Counted from the first letter of the stretch, positions 38,663-49,603 are shown. The stretch is 64,000 nt of DNA from Waterburya sp. (GCA_965217895.1 CBDCJV010000002.1:3168001-3232000), one strand, 5' to 3'. Numbers and translations are program-made. Notes: generated by a model not told the origin, from the sequence alone.

Positions 38663-39196
38663 CTAACTGCCATTAAATCCGATATCTGTTCCTGTCCCTG
38701 CATGAACTTGAGCTAGTTTTTCGTAATTACAAGCGTGTTCAATTAGTTCTGCTGCTTGAGTATCGCTAATGTCTTTAATTTTGCGGGCGGGGACACCGAC
38801 AAAAAGCGATCGCGATGGTATATTTTTAGTTACAACGCTTCCTGCGCCCACAATGCTTCCCGCACCCACTCTAACTCCATCGAGAATAATCGCTCCAATA
38901 CCAATCAAACAACCTGTTTCTATATAAGCCGAGTGAATTACCGCCCGATGACCAACGGTAACGTAATCTTCTAAGACAGTCGGCTTACCAGGATCGCCAT
39001 GTAAAACTGCTCCATCTTGAATATTTGTATACTCGCCGATGATAATTTGTTCCACATCGCCCCTAATCACTGCGCCATACCAAATGCTAGCTCCTTTAGC
39101 TAAAGATACATTGCCCATTACCGTAGCGTTGGAGGCAATAAAGGCTGCTGAAGATACATCGGGAGCAAACCAATAAGAGCTTTGAGGTGGAGTCAT
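38663..39196 (-). CDS. gamma carbonic anhydrase family protein
   Basis: RGD, NIQD..LH, VGH....H hexapeptide repeats. Confidence 0.92.
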   Translation of the reverse strand: MTPPQSSYWFAPDVSSAAFIASNATVMGNVSLAKGASIWYGAVIRGDVEQIIIGEYTNIQDGAVLHGDPGKPTVLEDYVTVGHRAVIHSAYIETGCLIGIGAIILDGVRVGAGSIVGAGSVVTKNIPSRSLFVGVPARKIKDISDTQAAELIEHACNYEKLAQVHAGTGTDIGFNGS

Positions 39197-39286
39197 GATC
39201 TAAAATAAACTATCTTACGATATCAAGATAATTCAGCTTAATCTTATTTAGCCATGCTATAAGGTATAAAACAGAATTTTTAATAT

Positions 39287-39793
39287 ATGGATTTAGTTTT
39301 ACAATACCCTGTTTTTGGTCCTGAGATTTCTTGTCCCTATTGTCGACAGATAATTCCTGCTCTCACCCTTACAGATACCTATCTCTGTAACCGTCATGGT
39401 GCTTTTGAAGCAGAGCCTAAAATAGAAGAACTGGTTCATTTGTCTTCGGGTAGATGTTGGCGAAGATGGGAAGATCAGTGGTATCGTCAATACACCCATC
39501 CTGACGGTATTCGCTTTGAAATTCACGAAGCTTTAGACGTGCTTTATACCGAGGGTTATCGAGCTACGAGAGTCATTATTGCTAATCGTTATCGAGACTT
39601 AGTTAGTACTTATTTAGGACGCGCTCATCCCTGGCGGGAAGATCCTGAGTTTAGATCGCCTAAGCTCTATGGATTACCTATTGGCTTTAGTCCCGAAGAG
39701 AATGCCGAACCTTGCTGGGAAATAATCAACTTTACTTTAGAAAAAGAACCAGGAGTTCCCCGTCATTATCCTTATCGTTTTCTGTTTGAGTAA
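39287..39793 (+). CDS. TIGR02652/DUF2396 cyanobacterial conserved protein
   Basis: YP.FGPEI.CP.CRQ.IPALTLTDTYLC.RHGAFEA. Confidence 0.85.
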   Translation: MDLVLQYPVFGPEISCPYCRQIIPALTLTDTYLCNRHGAFEAEPKIEELVHLSSGRCWRRWEDQWYRQYTHPDGIRFEIHEALDVLYTEGYRATRVIIANRYRDLVSTYLGRAHPWREDPEFRSPKLYGLPIGFSPEENAEPCWEIINFTLEKEPGVPRHYPYRFLFE

Positions 39794-39824
39794 ATTAAAC
39801 TAAATCATCTTTTGTTACTTTGCC

Positions 39825-40262
39825 ATGCTGCACCATGCCTCAATTCGTACAGCAAACATCCATAAGGCGATCGCTTTTTATGAACATTTAGGCTTCACCG
39901 TCCAAGAACGTTTTACCACTGGATATACCTTGGCTTGCTGGATGACTGGGTTAGGAGGCAGAATTGAACTGATCCAAATTCCTGAACCAAAACCTGCGCC
40001 TGATGCCTTTAATGATGAGCATTACGTTGGTTATTATCATTTATCTTTCGATCTGACTGGAGTGACTAAAGATCTATCTAGCTGGCTCAAAGATTTAGAA
40101 CAGAAAATGGCAATCTCCAGAGAAAATAACTCTGAACTATCGCTTCTCAAAATACTACTAAAACCAGAACAGCAGATGATCGGCGATCGCATCTACGAAG
40201 TTGCCTTTGTTGCTGACACTGATGGTTTACCTTTAGAGTTTATTCGTATTATAGACAAATAG
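39825..40262 (+). CDS. VOC/glyoxalase family protein
   Basis: HHASIRT, IELI, YHLSF, D.DG..LE. Confidence 0.88.
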   Translation: MLHHASIRTANIHKAIAFYEHLGFTVQERFTTGYTLACWMTGLGGRIELIQIPEPKPAPDAFNDEHYVGYYHLSFDLTGVTKDLSSWLKDLEQKMAISRENNSELSLLKILLKPEQQMIGDRIYEVAFVADTDGLPLEFIRIIDK

Positions 40263-40327
40263 CTTTAAGCTAAAGAATTATCGCTATTTCAAGGAAAGAG
40301 TACTTTATCAATCGGATTTAGTATCAA

Positions 40328-42862
40328 ATGAAACTCAGATGGATTAATTTGCTTGGTATTATACTTGTTATTTTTACGCTACAAGCTTGTCGGCAACAAA
40401 CAGTAGCTAGTAGAGAATCTGCCCCCGATCAACCAGGAGAAGATGAAAATCTTAACCAGGAATTATGGAATTTTGCTAAAAAAATTCCTTATCCAGGGAC
40501 TGTAACTCAACGAAATGCCGAAGTAGCAATGCGGCTACCCAACGGCTGGAAAATTACCCCAGCAGGAACTCAAGTAGAAGTAGGCAGACTTCCTTACGAA
40601 GCAGTTGCTTACGCAGGAAAATTAGTGGTGTTAAATACAGGGTGGTATGGGCAAGACCCGCAAACTGTGTCGATAGTAGACCCTAAAAATCACAAGGTAA
40701 TCAAGACTTTAGAGTATAAATCACTTTTTCCCAGTGCCAAGCCAGGATTAGACGGCGACCTATATATTAGTGGCGGTTTCGAGCAAAAGATTTATCGCCT
40801 TAATAAACAATTTGAGCCTGTGCGGGAATATTCGATAGAAGGTTACGCAGCAGGAATTACCCCGATAGATGCCCAGCATATAGCAGTAGCTTATATGGTC
40901 GCCGAAAAGGAAAATAAAGATTACGGCAAAGGCAAGCTGGCAATTCTCAACACTCAAACTGGCAAGGTGGAACGAGTTGTGACGGTGGGATATTTTCCTT
41001 ATGCGGTGCAATTTTGGCATCAAAAACTTTATCTGACTCTGTTGGGAGAAAACAAGCTTTTAGTATACGATCGCTCACTCAAGCCTCTACAAAATCTTAC
41101 CGTGGGACGTACTCCCCAAAATTTCTGCACTAGCGATCGCCAGCTATATGTCATCAACTCTACTTCAGATAATATCTCAGTTATTAATAGCAAAAATGCA
41201 GTAGTTAAGACTATTGATCTTCATCCTCATGGATTCAAGTTTGGTAGTTCTCCTACCTCCTGTGCGGTAAAAGCAAATCGTCTTTATGTCACCCAGGCAG
41301 AAATCAATGCCGTAACTGTAATCGATAAAAACAACCAGCAGTTAAAGGGGTTTATTCCTACTGGCTGGTATCCTACCAAAGTGCTGCTTGACCAAGGACA
41401 AATGATGGTACTGAGTGCCAAAGGTATCCATCAGCGTCGTCCTAACGCCAATGGACCACAACCGATCGCGGAAAAAGGTGGTAGTGACTACGTACTCAGT
41501 TTGCTCAAGGGTGCCGTCTCGATTATTCCCCAGTCAACAATTGCTAACCAACTTTCTAGCTGGACTCAAGAAGTTAGCGAGGGTTCGCCCCTTTATAGTG
41601 CTAAAGATGGCATGAAGTTGCCCATCCGCCATATTTTTTACATCGTTAAAGAAAACCGTACCTACGACCAGATTCTCGGTGATTTGGGACGAGGAAACGG
41701 AGACGCTTCGCTAACTTTGTTCGGACGGGATATTACGCCCAATAACCATAAGCTAGCTAAAGATTTTGTGACTTTGGACAATTTCTTTGTCAACGGTGAG
41801 ATCAGCGTTCTCGGTCACAGCTATACTACTAGCGGTTATGCTAGTCCTTTTCTCGAATGGCTGGGAAATATGAGTTACTCCGAGCGTTACAATGGTTATC
41901 CTTTCGGCACTGTACCAGCTACTTTTTCTCCAGCTTACCTGTGGAATGCACTCGAAGCAAAAAACGTAGATTATCGTATCTATGGCGAACCTTACTATCT
42001 TTTCACGCGGTCTTATCAATTGATTGTGGAAACCTTTGGTGCCAATAGTCAATTGGCTCAAGATTTTTATGCTCAGAGTATGAATTTATCTGCTAATGAA
42101 GATCGAGGCAAAGCAGTAAGTGAAGTTTTTAAACCATATTACGGTCAAGCAAACACTCCCTCTCAAGCACTGCGTTTGCTGGAAAATCCCCAGTTTACCA
42201 GTTCCCTCTCCTCCGCATTTACCAATAGCGATCGCCTTGCTCAAGCATTACAAAAAAATCCGACTTTCCGACGCAAGTTTGCCGATTTTCTGGCTCACTA
42301 TCCCTTTAACTACCATTATTATGATTTGCATTATTCCGACCTACAACGCTTTGAGGACTGGAAAACGGATTTTGCTCGACAACTCAAATCTGGCTCTGTA
42401 GCTCAATTAAACTACATTTGGCTACCCAACGACCATACGGCTGGTGAAAATAGCGAATATCCCAATCCTTACGAGCTAGTTGCTCAAAATGATGCAGCTT
42501 TGGGTAAGATTGTCGAAACCGTCTCTAAAAGTCCAATCTGGAAAGATAGCTTGATTTTGGTAGTTGAAGATGATGCTCAAGACGGGCCAGATCATGTGGA
42601 TGCTACCCGCACCGTGGCTTTAGCTGCTAGTCCTTATGTTAAACGAGGAAAGGTAGTCAGCGATCGCTACGACCAACTCAGTTTACTCCGCACCATAGAA
42701 CTAATTCTGGGACTCGACCCCATCAACATGAATGATGGTTTAGCAGCACCAATGTTTGGTATTTTTGATAACCAACCCAACAATAAAGCCTATGTCGCCC
42801 CAGCACCTTCAAACTATCTAATCGATGCCGATAAACAGCGATACGCCAAATTTAAAGACTAA
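40328..42862 (+). CDS. YncE beta-propeller + phosphoesterase/alkaline-phosphatase-like lipoprotein
   Basis: lipobox LQAC, YVTN-like repeats, IPTGWYP, KENRTYDQ..GD, LPNDHT, EDDAQDG.DHVD. Confidence 0.88.
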   Translation: MKLRWINLLGIILVIFTLQACRQQTVASRESAPDQPGEDENLNQELWNFAKKIPYPGTVTQRNAEVAMRLPNGWKITPAGTQVEVGRLPYEAVAYAGKLVVLNTGWYGQDPQTVSIVDPKNHKVIKTLEYKSLFPSAKPGLDGDLYISGGFEQKIYRLNKQFEPVREYSIEGYAAGITPIDAQHIAVAYMVAEKENKDYGKGKLAILNTQTGKVERVVTVGYFPYAVQFWHQKLYLTLLGENKLLVYDRSLKPLQNLTVGRTPQNFCTSDRQLYVINSTSDNISVINSKNAVVKTIDLHPHGFKFGSSPTSCAVKANRLYVTQAEINAVTVIDKNNQQLKGFIPTGWYPTKVLLDQGQMMVLSAKGIHQRRPNANGPQPIAEKGGSDYVLSLLKGAVSIIPQSTIANQLSSWTQEVSEGSPLYSAKDGMKLPIRHIFYIVKENRTYDQILGDLGRGNGDASLTLFGRDITPNNHKLAKDFVTLDNFFVNGEISVLGHSYTTSGYASPFLEWLGNMSYSERYNGYPFGTVPATFSPAYLWNALEAKNVDYRIYGEPYYLFTRSYQLIVETFGANSQLAQDFYAQSMNLSANEDRGKAVSEVFKPYYGQANTPSQALRLLENPQFTSSLSSAFTNSDRLAQALQKNPTFRRKFADFLAHYPFNYHYYDLHYSDLQRFEDWKTDFARQLKSGSVAQLNYIWLPNDHTAGENSEYPNPYELVAQNDAALGKIVETVSKSPIWKDSLILVVEDDAQDGPDHVDATRTVALAASPYVKRGKVVSDRYDQLSLLRTIELILGLDPINMNDGLAAPMFGIFDNQPNNKAYVAPAPSNYLIDADKQRYAKFKD

Positions 42863-43141
42863 TTGAATTATTAGCCCTAACAAAACTTTAGGCAACGGAG
42901 CGATCGCTTATACTCGTTGATTAGAATAATATGTCGATAAGATAACTTATGTGAATAAGGATTACTTTTTTTAATCAAACTGAGAAAACTTTAGATATTA
43001 TTAGAACTATAGTTATCAAACCAACAATAAAGCTACGGTTTGTATTTTTTACTTGATCCCTAAAAGGTTTGACTAATCAAATTAGTTCCCCATTTTGGTT
43101 TTATAACTACGTACAACTAAACTGATGTAAGGAATAAGATT

Positions 43142-43249
43142 ATGAAAGCTTCTTCAAATTTAGGACAATCGATTACCCTAGCTATACTTTTAGCTGCTAC
43201 TAGCATGAGCGTAATTCTTTTAATGTCATTTGCCAGCGGGCAATTCTAA
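43142..43249 (+). CDS. putative 35-aa single-TM small protein (not in ORF track)
   Basis: MKASSNLGQSITLAILLAATSMSVILLMSFASGQF; taagga upstream of the ATG; terminator downstream. Confidence 0.5.
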   Translation: MKASSNLGQSITLAILLAATSMSVILLMSFASGQF

Positions 43250-43340
43250 GCGTTTTATCGTCTAAATACTAGCCGATTTAATGCTTGGCAAATTATACCT
43301 TCGATACTTATAATGTTTTAATTAACATTTATAGGTCTGT

Positions 43341-43368
43341 AACGCCTGAATCAAATTCAGGCGTTTTT
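43341..43368 (+). terminator. intrinsic terminator
   Basis: aacgcctgaa/ttcaggcgtt stem followed by a T tract. Confidence 0.7.
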
Positions 43369-43396
43369 AATATATTTAGCTAAATTAAAAATCTTA

Positions 43397-43597
43397 CTGC
43401 GCTTTTCAGATGAGTAGACCATAACAGTCAAATTCAAAAAAGCGTCGATACCCCCCGTCAGCAGAAAGGACTTGTCCGCATCTAGACGCAAGGGAACGCT
43501 CGACAAAACAGCTAAGAGCTAAGAGCTAAGAGCTGATAGCTAATAGCTACGAACTAAATAATTGTAAACGTAGTCTGTTCAATTGAAAACGGCTATA
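43397..43597. mobile_element. MITE-like element containing a GC-rich small repeat and heptamer repeats
   Basis: gcttttcagatgagtagac / gtctgttcaattgaaaacggctata imperfect inverted ends; internal gcaagggaacgc related to 38624-38636; CTAAGAG repeats. Confidence 0.5.
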
Positions 43598-43602
43598 AGT
43601 AA

Positions 43603-44850
43603 CTATTCTGATTGAAGTATGGTTTTGGATACTAGGCGAGTTTTCTTGCGATCGCTTTGAGATAATTCCTTGCCAATTTGTAAACGGGTAGCATTAGTTT
43701 GCAGAACCGTTGCCCCTTCTTTATCTCCTAGTTGCAGGGCGGTTTTAGCAGCAGTTTGCAACATAGTAGCTGCGCCAGAGCGATTGCCATCCTGTAATTT
43801 ACCTTCGGCAATTTGAGTTTGACGATATTTTGCCAGGGTTAATATATGATTTTGAACCATTTGATTTGGCTGTGGCTGATAATGCCCCTGAGACTCTAGT
43901 TCAATCGCCACGATATCAGAATGTAAATTCTCCTGATTTGTTCCTGGATCGTCGTAACGTAACTGAACAGCCGCAATTTTATGTTTACCTGGAGGTAGCT
44001 GATTAACATAAAAGTTAATTAAGATAATTCGAGGTCGATTTACCATCAAATCTCCCAAACGAACGGTAAAATAATTTCCCTCCAGTTTAATCGGCAGCTC
44101 AATAGTTTCGGGTGCTACCTGAGCAACAGGTTTTAATTCTGCTAGTCGCGTTTTAGGCATTAACTCCACCGTGAGATTGCTATTAGTTAAACCTACAGAC
44201 TGAGCGCGGGTATAGAGTCGCTCAAATTCTGAAGCTGCCTGTTCTGGCTGTTCTATATAAGCCAAAACTCCCTGTGCCGAATCGGCAATTTGCTCTAAAA
44301 TATCTTGATTCCAGTGTTCTCCAAATCCCAAAGCATCAATTGTAATATTATATTCGGCTGCCAATTCAGCTAACCTGAGACAGCGAATATTATCACCATG
44401 TTCATTTTCACCATCAGTCAGCAAAAAGATACGAGATACATAGTGTTGATTGCTAGCTGCCACTTCTTTAATACCCAGGCGCAAGCCTTCATCAATCGAA
44501 GTACCGCCATCGGCAACTATCAGCCTAATTTTTTGTTTAATCGATTCAATGTCAGTAACTAGCTGGTTAGGAACAATTACTCTTGCCCGATGATCGAAAG
44601 TCACAATACTAATGCGATCTTCCGACTTCAGTTTTTCGACAATAGCTATGGCTGCACTTTTGACCATTTCTAAAGGTTCATTAGCCATTGAGCCACTACG
44701 ATCAAGCACTAAACAAAGATTGAGGGGTAATCTAGCTTGATTGGGGATCTCAGCTACGGCAGATATCACCAAGGAAAGCTGACGCTGACTGCTGTTTATT
44801 TGGGCATCAATATTATTATTACTTAGAGACGATTGTAAACCAACTTTCAT
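43603..44850 (-). CDS. vWA domain protein (YfbK-like)
   Basis: MIDAS DRSGSM, GGT, LLTDG. Confidence 0.9.
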   Translation of the reverse strand: MKVGLQSSLSNNNIDAQINSSQRQLSLVISAVAEIPNQARLPLNLCLVLDRSGSMANEPLEMVKSAAIAIVEKLKSEDRISIVTFDHRARVIVPNQLVTDIESIKQKIRLIVADGGTSIDEGLRLGIKEVAASNQHYVSRIFLLTDGENEHGDNIRCLRLAELAAEYNITIDALGFGEHWNQDILEQIADSAQGVLAYIEQPEQAASEFERLYTRAQSVGLTNSNLTVELMPKTRLAELKPVAQVAPETIELPIKLEGNYFTVRLGDLMVNRPRIILINFYVNQLPPGKHKIAAVQLRYDDPGTNQENLHSDIVAIELESQGHYQPQPNQMVQNHILTLAKYRQTQIAEGKLQDGNRSGAATMLQTAAKTALQLGDKEGATVLQTNATRLQIGKELSQSDRKKTRLVSKTILQSE

Positions 44851-45057
44851 AGTTGCAAAGAAAAAATTAAATTTATTACTCTATGATATTGGTTATGTAT
44901 CGTTTGGGTTGAAACTACGAATTCTAGCTACTAGTTTTTAATTTTATTACCCAAATTGGCAACGCCTTATTACTGAGATCCTGAAAGCAAAAAAGGAGCA
45001 TTTATGACCAATGCCCCAAGTTTAAAATATATTTGTTACTAACTGATGTAATCCTAA

Positions 45058-45849
45058 TTAATCAATGCTGATAGTTGTAGGAGAAGAACCACCACCACCA
45101 GACATACTAGAAGCTTTACGAAAATCTGCATACAGGCGATCGCGCCAAGCAAAAAATGGTTCAAAGGTGATATTATCAGCTAACCCTGGAATACCTTTAC
45201 CCTTTAGCGGATCGGGGATATCTAGATAAGAACCAGAGGGGAATTTTAGCATGATGCTTAATCCTGCTACTGCTAAGTCAGCTAATGTTGGCGTATCTCC
45301 CGTTAGGTAAGGCTGATTTTGCAAAATTAGACACAAAGCTTCTAAATCTTGCGTCAGGCTATTTTTGGCTTCTTTTACCGCCTCACCGCCAAAACCAATT
45401 CCACTACCCAAAACATCTAAAAGTTCTCCAGGAATTGCTCCAATCGCCGTTTTGAGCAAATCTGGTGTGTTAGAAGGTAATATCGAAGTGCGAAAATTTT
45501 GATTTTGGTTTAAAGCTCCAATAAAAGCTTTTCTGCCTTTCAAGCCTATGGACGCATCTGCCCACTCTTCGATCAGCAAACACTGTCCCTTGGCAAGAGA
45601 ATCACTAGGTATAATTGGGCGTTCGGGATATTTGCGTTCGAGATACAAAGCAATTTCGGTAGAATCGCTCACGTAAGTACTACCATCTTTTAACACAGGC
45701 ACTTGACGACTACCAGACTTCTGCATTAATTCTACCTGTCCGACTCCTGGTGTGACCTCAATTTTACGGTACTCTAACTGCTTATAATCGAGAATGAAGC
45801 GAACTTTCTCCGAGTATTGAGATAATTCAAATTGATATAGTTCTAGCAT
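45058..45849 (-). CDS. glutathione S-transferase family protein
   Basis: S.Y.EKVR, QVPVL.D, DSTEIA.YL, TLADLAV. Confidence 0.92.
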   Translation of the reverse strand: MLELYQFELSQYSEKVRFILDYKQLEYRKIEVTPGVGQVELMQKSGSRQVPVLKDGSTYVSDSTEIALYLERKYPERPIIPSDSLAKGQCLLIEEWADASIGLKGRKAFIGALNQNQNFRTSILPSNTPDLLKTAIGAIPGELLDVLGSGIGFGGEAVKEAKNSLTQDLEALCLILQNQPYLTGDTPTLADLAVAGLSIMLKFPSGSYLDIPDPLKGKGIPGLADNITFEPFFAWRDRLYADFRKASSMSGGGGSSPTTISID

Positions 45850-46173
45850 TAAAACTCCTTAATTATCTGGTTGACTTTAACGATTGTTAATGTAGCCTGT
45901 ATTAACAATTAAACACATCTTCCCTCAGTCTAGGTATATCAATTGCAATAGATAGATAGTAAATCCTTATAATTCTTTTTGTAAGTAGTTAGACAAAAAG
46001 ATTACGACTATAGGCAGCAAAGCCTTTTTATTACTATATTAATTAGCTCATCAACAAACTTATTAGTTAAAGGTTGATGTTTTAGTAATAAGCGATAGAA
46101 TAACGAACTGTATAAAGCATTGATCGCAACTTCAGCATCTATTTAAATAGCCAATCATTAAGAAATTATTCTC

Positions 46174-46551
46174 ATGGAATACATCGCATTAGCTGCCCGC
46201 ATCTGTCTCTGTCTAATTTTTTTTAAAGCGGGAATAAGTCACATTACTGGTTTTAGTGGTTTAGTAGAAACAATAAATAGTCAAGGATTGCCTTTAGCTA
46301 CCGTGTTGGCAGCGGGAACAGTGTTTTTTCAACTTTTAGGAGCAGTTTCGTTACTGTTGGGTTACAAGACTAAAATCGGCTCAATCTTGCTAATCATTTT
46401 TCTGATTCCTGCTTCTTTGCTATTTCACAATCCGATCGCCGATCCCAGTCAAATCAATGACTTTCTTAAAAATATCGGTTTGATTGGTGGACTATTGATG
46501 GTGATCTATGCGGGTGCGGGGGCATTAAGTATAGACGGAAAAAAGAAGTAA
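46174..46551 (+). CDS. DoxX family membrane protein
   Basis: AR.....IF..AG, FLKN....GGLL...GAG..S.D. Confidence 0.9.
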   Translation: MEYIALAARICLCLIFFKAGISHITGFSGLVETINSQGLPLATVLAAGTVFFQLLGAVSLLLGYKTKIGSILLIIFLIPASLLFHNPIADPSQINDFLKNIGLIGGLLMVIYAGAGALSIDGKKK

Positions 46552-47816
46552 TTACGATCTCTAAACTACCAAAAGTTGTCATTATCGGGGCAGGTTTTGC
46601 GGGTTTGAGAGCTGTCAAAAAATTATCCCACGCTGAAGCAGAAGTACTGTTAATCGATCGCCATAATTATCATACTTTTATTCCTCTTCTCTATCAGGTA
46701 GCTACAGGTTTTGTTGAACCCGAACTAATTGCTTACCCGCTACGCAGCGCATTACGAAATATTGACAATGCTAATTTCTTGATGGCACAAGTCCAGCAAA
46801 TTGATTTGGATGCCAAGACTATTATTACCGACGCTCAAACAATAGCCTATGACTATTTAGTTATTGCTACAGGAAGTCAGGCTAACTTTCTAGAGGTTGC
46901 TGGCGCACCGCAGCACACTTTTCCTTTGAGAACTTTGGAAAACGCTGTGACTTTACGCAACCATATTCTTAACTGTTTTGAACAGGCTCTAAAAAACAAT
47001 AATGATGCCTTTAGGCAACAACAATTAATGACCTTCGTAATTGTTGGCGGTGGTGCTACGGGAGTAGAAATGGCTGGTGCTTTACAAGAATTAATTCAAG
47101 ATTGCTTGGCTAAAGATTATCCTCAATTGGACTTACGCCAAGCAAAAGTAATCTTATTACAGTCGGGAGAAAGTTTACTCAGTACCTACCCCGAACGCTT
47201 GTCTAAGTATACTTTGAAACAGTTACGCGATCGCCATATCAAAGTACATTTTAATAGTCGAGTCAAGGCAGCTACCTCTACAGCAGTTGTCTTAGAAGAC
47301 GATACTAGTGTTGCCACTGCTACGATTATCTGGACAGCAGGATTATCAGCCAATTTTCCCGAACCTCAATCAGATGTGCCTATAGCCAATAAGAATAAGG
47401 TTGAGGTTTTAAACACTCTCCAGTTACCAAATCATCCTCATGTCTATGTTGCAGGTGATGCAGCCTATGTCGAACAAAATGGTAAACCTTTAATTGGAGT
47501 TGCTCCAGAAGCTTTACAGCTTGGTGGTGCGATCGCTAAAAACATCCAGCGACAGTTGAAAGGAAAAACCCCCAAAGATTTTAACTATTTTAATAAAGGT
47601 AGAGCAGCGATAATCGCTCGTAATGCAGGAGTAGCTTATTTGTTGGGTAAAATTCCCCTTAGTGGTTTTTTGGCTTGGCTATTGTGGTTGGGCATTCACG
47701 TTTACTACTTACCAGGATTATCTAACCGCTTTAAACTTCTAGGTGCTTGGTCAAAGGATTATATTTGGCGCGATCGCTCTATTAAACAAATATTTACCTT
47801 TTATCAACAAAAATAA
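46551..47816 (+). CDS. type II NADH dehydrogenase-like NAD(P)/FAD oxidoreductase; start extended to ATT at 46551
   Basis: in-frame VVIIGAGFAG upstream of the called TTG; F.PLLYQVA, GGG.TGVE.AG, GD motifs. Confidence 0.85.
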   Translation: MTISKLPKVVIIGAGFAGLRAVKKLSHAEAEVLLIDRHNYHTFIPLLYQVATGFVEPELIAYPLRSALRNIDNANFLMAQVQQIDLDAKTIITDAQTIAYDYLVIATGSQANFLEVAGAPQHTFPLRTLENAVTLRNHILNCFEQALKNNNDAFRQQQLMTFVIVGGGATGVEMAGALQELIQDCLAKDYPQLDLRQAKVILLQSGESLLSTYPERLSKYTLKQLRDRHIKVHFNSRVKAATSTAVVLEDDTSVATATIIWTAGLSANFPEPQSDVPIANKNKVEVLNTLQLPNHPHVYVAGDAAYVEQNGKPLIGVAPEALQLGGAIAKNIQRQLKGKTPKDFNYFNKGRAAIIARNAGVAYLLGKIPLSGFLAWLLWLGIHVYYLPGLSNRFKLLGAWSKDYIWRDRSIKQIFTFYQQK

Positions 47817-47840
47817 TTACCGTAAAGGCACGCCTCGTCT

Positions 47841-48452
47841 CTAAACCATTATTCCTTCCATCACTAAATCCACCAATTCATCAACAAATTCATCCGTCAA
47901 TGGTTGATGCTTGAGTAACAAACGATAAAAAAGCGGACTATACAAAGCATCGATCGCAACTTCTGGATCTATACCCTCTCTCAATTCTCCCCTATCAACT
48001 CCCCGTTGAAATATTCTTTTTGCATCTTCTCGTCTGGGAGTTAGCCAGTTTTCTAAATAAACTGCGATTAATTCGCGATCTGCTTGTCCACAACCGATTA
48101 CATTAGCTAAAACTTCTCCTCTGGGACTATTCATCAGTTTAACCAGTTTCTGCATCTGTTCTCTAAAATCCTCTACCACCGAACCGCTATCGGGAAAAGC
48201 TAATTCTGGATTTACTGCTTCTAAAAAAGCATCCATTACTAATGCTGCTTTAGTTTTCCAACGTCGATAGATAGTTGGTTTACCTACTTCTGCTTTTGCT
48301 GCAACACCTTCAATAGTCAAATCCATAAATCCGACTTCAATGAGCATTTCGTAAGCAGCTTTGAGGATTTTGGCTCTAGTTTCAGGCGATCGTGGTCGTC
48401 CACGTCCAGACTGGGTAACGGTTTTGGCTTCTTTGTTTTTAGAGGTTGACAT
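47841..48452 (-). CDS. TetR/AcrR family transcriptional regulator
   Basis: GRPR, T.EGVA..A.VGK.TIYRRW..K HTH. Confidence 0.95.
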   Translation of the reverse strand: MSTSKNKEAKTVTQSGRGRPRSPETRAKILKAAYEMLIEVGFMDLTIEGVAAKAEVGKPTIYRRWKTKAALVMDAFLEAVNPELAFPDSGSVVEDFREQMQKLVKLMNSPRGEVLANVIGCGQADRELIAVYLENWLTPRREDAKRIFQRGVDRGELREGIDPEVAIDALYSPLFYRLLLKHQPLTDEFVDELVDLVMEGIMV

Positions 48453-48477
48453 ATCTATTTGGTTTTCGCTATATTAA

Positions 48478-48591
48478 TTACGTGGCGTAACGTTAAATAA
48501 AGCTATTCAAATCACGTCAAATGTCTATCTATTATCAAACCAGATGAAATGAACTTTTCTTAGTCTAAAGTATTACGTACCGTATCGTTAA
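48478..48591. promoter_or_regulatory. two putative TetR operator sites
   Basis: ttacgtggcgtaacgttaa (48478-48496) and ttacgtaccgtatcgttaa (48573-48591), 16/19 identical, pseudo-palindromic, in the divergent promoter. Confidence 0.65.
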
Positions 48592-48617
48592 TAAACTTTT
48601 ATTGAGAGATTAAATAA

Positions 48618-49058
48618 ATGAACACAACTACACAACAAATTCAAGCAAAAACAGATAGATCTGAAATTCGCCAACTGACAGAACAATGGATAAACATCTG
48701 GAGTCCCAAAGACAAACCGTTTACAGGAAACGGTTTTGAGAACATCTTTGCTACAAGCAAAAACGAGATCTTAGTTTTCGACAATTTTGATAACGGTGTT
48801 GTGGTGCTACATAGCCTTCAACAATATCTCGATACTTGGATACCAGTAATGGAGAACTTTAGCTATTGGTCAATTCAGTTAGAAGATAATTTACAGATTT
48901 CTATTGATGGAGGTTTAGCAGTAACTACCTTTTCCTGGATAGGTGGAGGAAAAACCAAAGATGGACAAGAAGTAAAAGCTAGACAATACGGTACTCATAC
49001 CTGGAAACGTCTTAATGATGAATGGCGTTTAGTACACGAGCATTTAACCGTTGGCTAA
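48618..49058 (+). CDS. SnoaL/NTF2-like family protein
   Basis: C-terminal T..W.R....WRLVHEH. Confidence 0.85.
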   Translation: MNTTTQQIQAKTDRSEIRQLTEQWINIWSPKDKPFTGNGFENIFATSKNEILVFDNFDNGVVVLHSLQQYLDTWIPVMENFSYWSIQLEDNLQISIDGGLAVTTFSWIGGGKTKDGQEVKARQYGTHTWKRLNDEWRLVHEHLTVG

Positions 49059-49106
49059 ATCTTAGATAAAAACCAAATCAGATTTACCAAATTTTGGAGA
49101 AAACCA

Positions 49107-49568
49107 ATGTCAAATTCAAATACAGAAACCAAAACAGGATTCAATTCAATGCAAATCGACCACGTAATGATTAGTGTTCCCAATTATCAAGAAACTCTTG
49201 AGTGGTATCAAGATAAATTCAACGCCACGATTGAGAAAGAGTGGACGGTGGATGAATTACCCGATTTACAGTTAGCTTATCTCGATGTTTCTGGCTTTCG
49301 GATTGAGGTTGTAGGAACTACTCAAGCGCGATCGGGAATGCCAGATTTCAAAGACTTTGGCGAAGCATTACGAACAACTGGCATCGGACATTTTTGTTTT
49401 CGAGTAGATAGTGTTGATGATGCAATTTCCGAATTAAATCAAAGAGGCGTACCGACATTCGTAGAAGCTGCTGATTATCCCAACATTAACGTAAGAGTAG
49501 GCTTTGTCAAAGACAACAACGGTAATGTAATTGAGTTCTCAGGTTCCATGAACTCAGCAAAACAATAA
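49107..49568 (+). CDS. VOC/glyoxalase family protein
   Basis: DHV.I.V, GIGHFCF.VD, F.KD.NGN.IEF. Confidence 0.9.
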   Translation: MSNSNTETKTGFNSMQIDHVMISVPNYQETLEWYQDKFNATIEKEWTVDELPDLQLAYLDVSGFRIEVVGTTQARSGMPDFKDFGEALRTTGIGHFCFRVDSVDDAISELNQRGVPTFVEAADYPNINVRVGFVKDNNGNVIEFSGSMNSAKQ

Positions 49569-49603
49569 ATAAAAACAAAGCAATTTATCAGTAAAGAAGA
49601 AAC

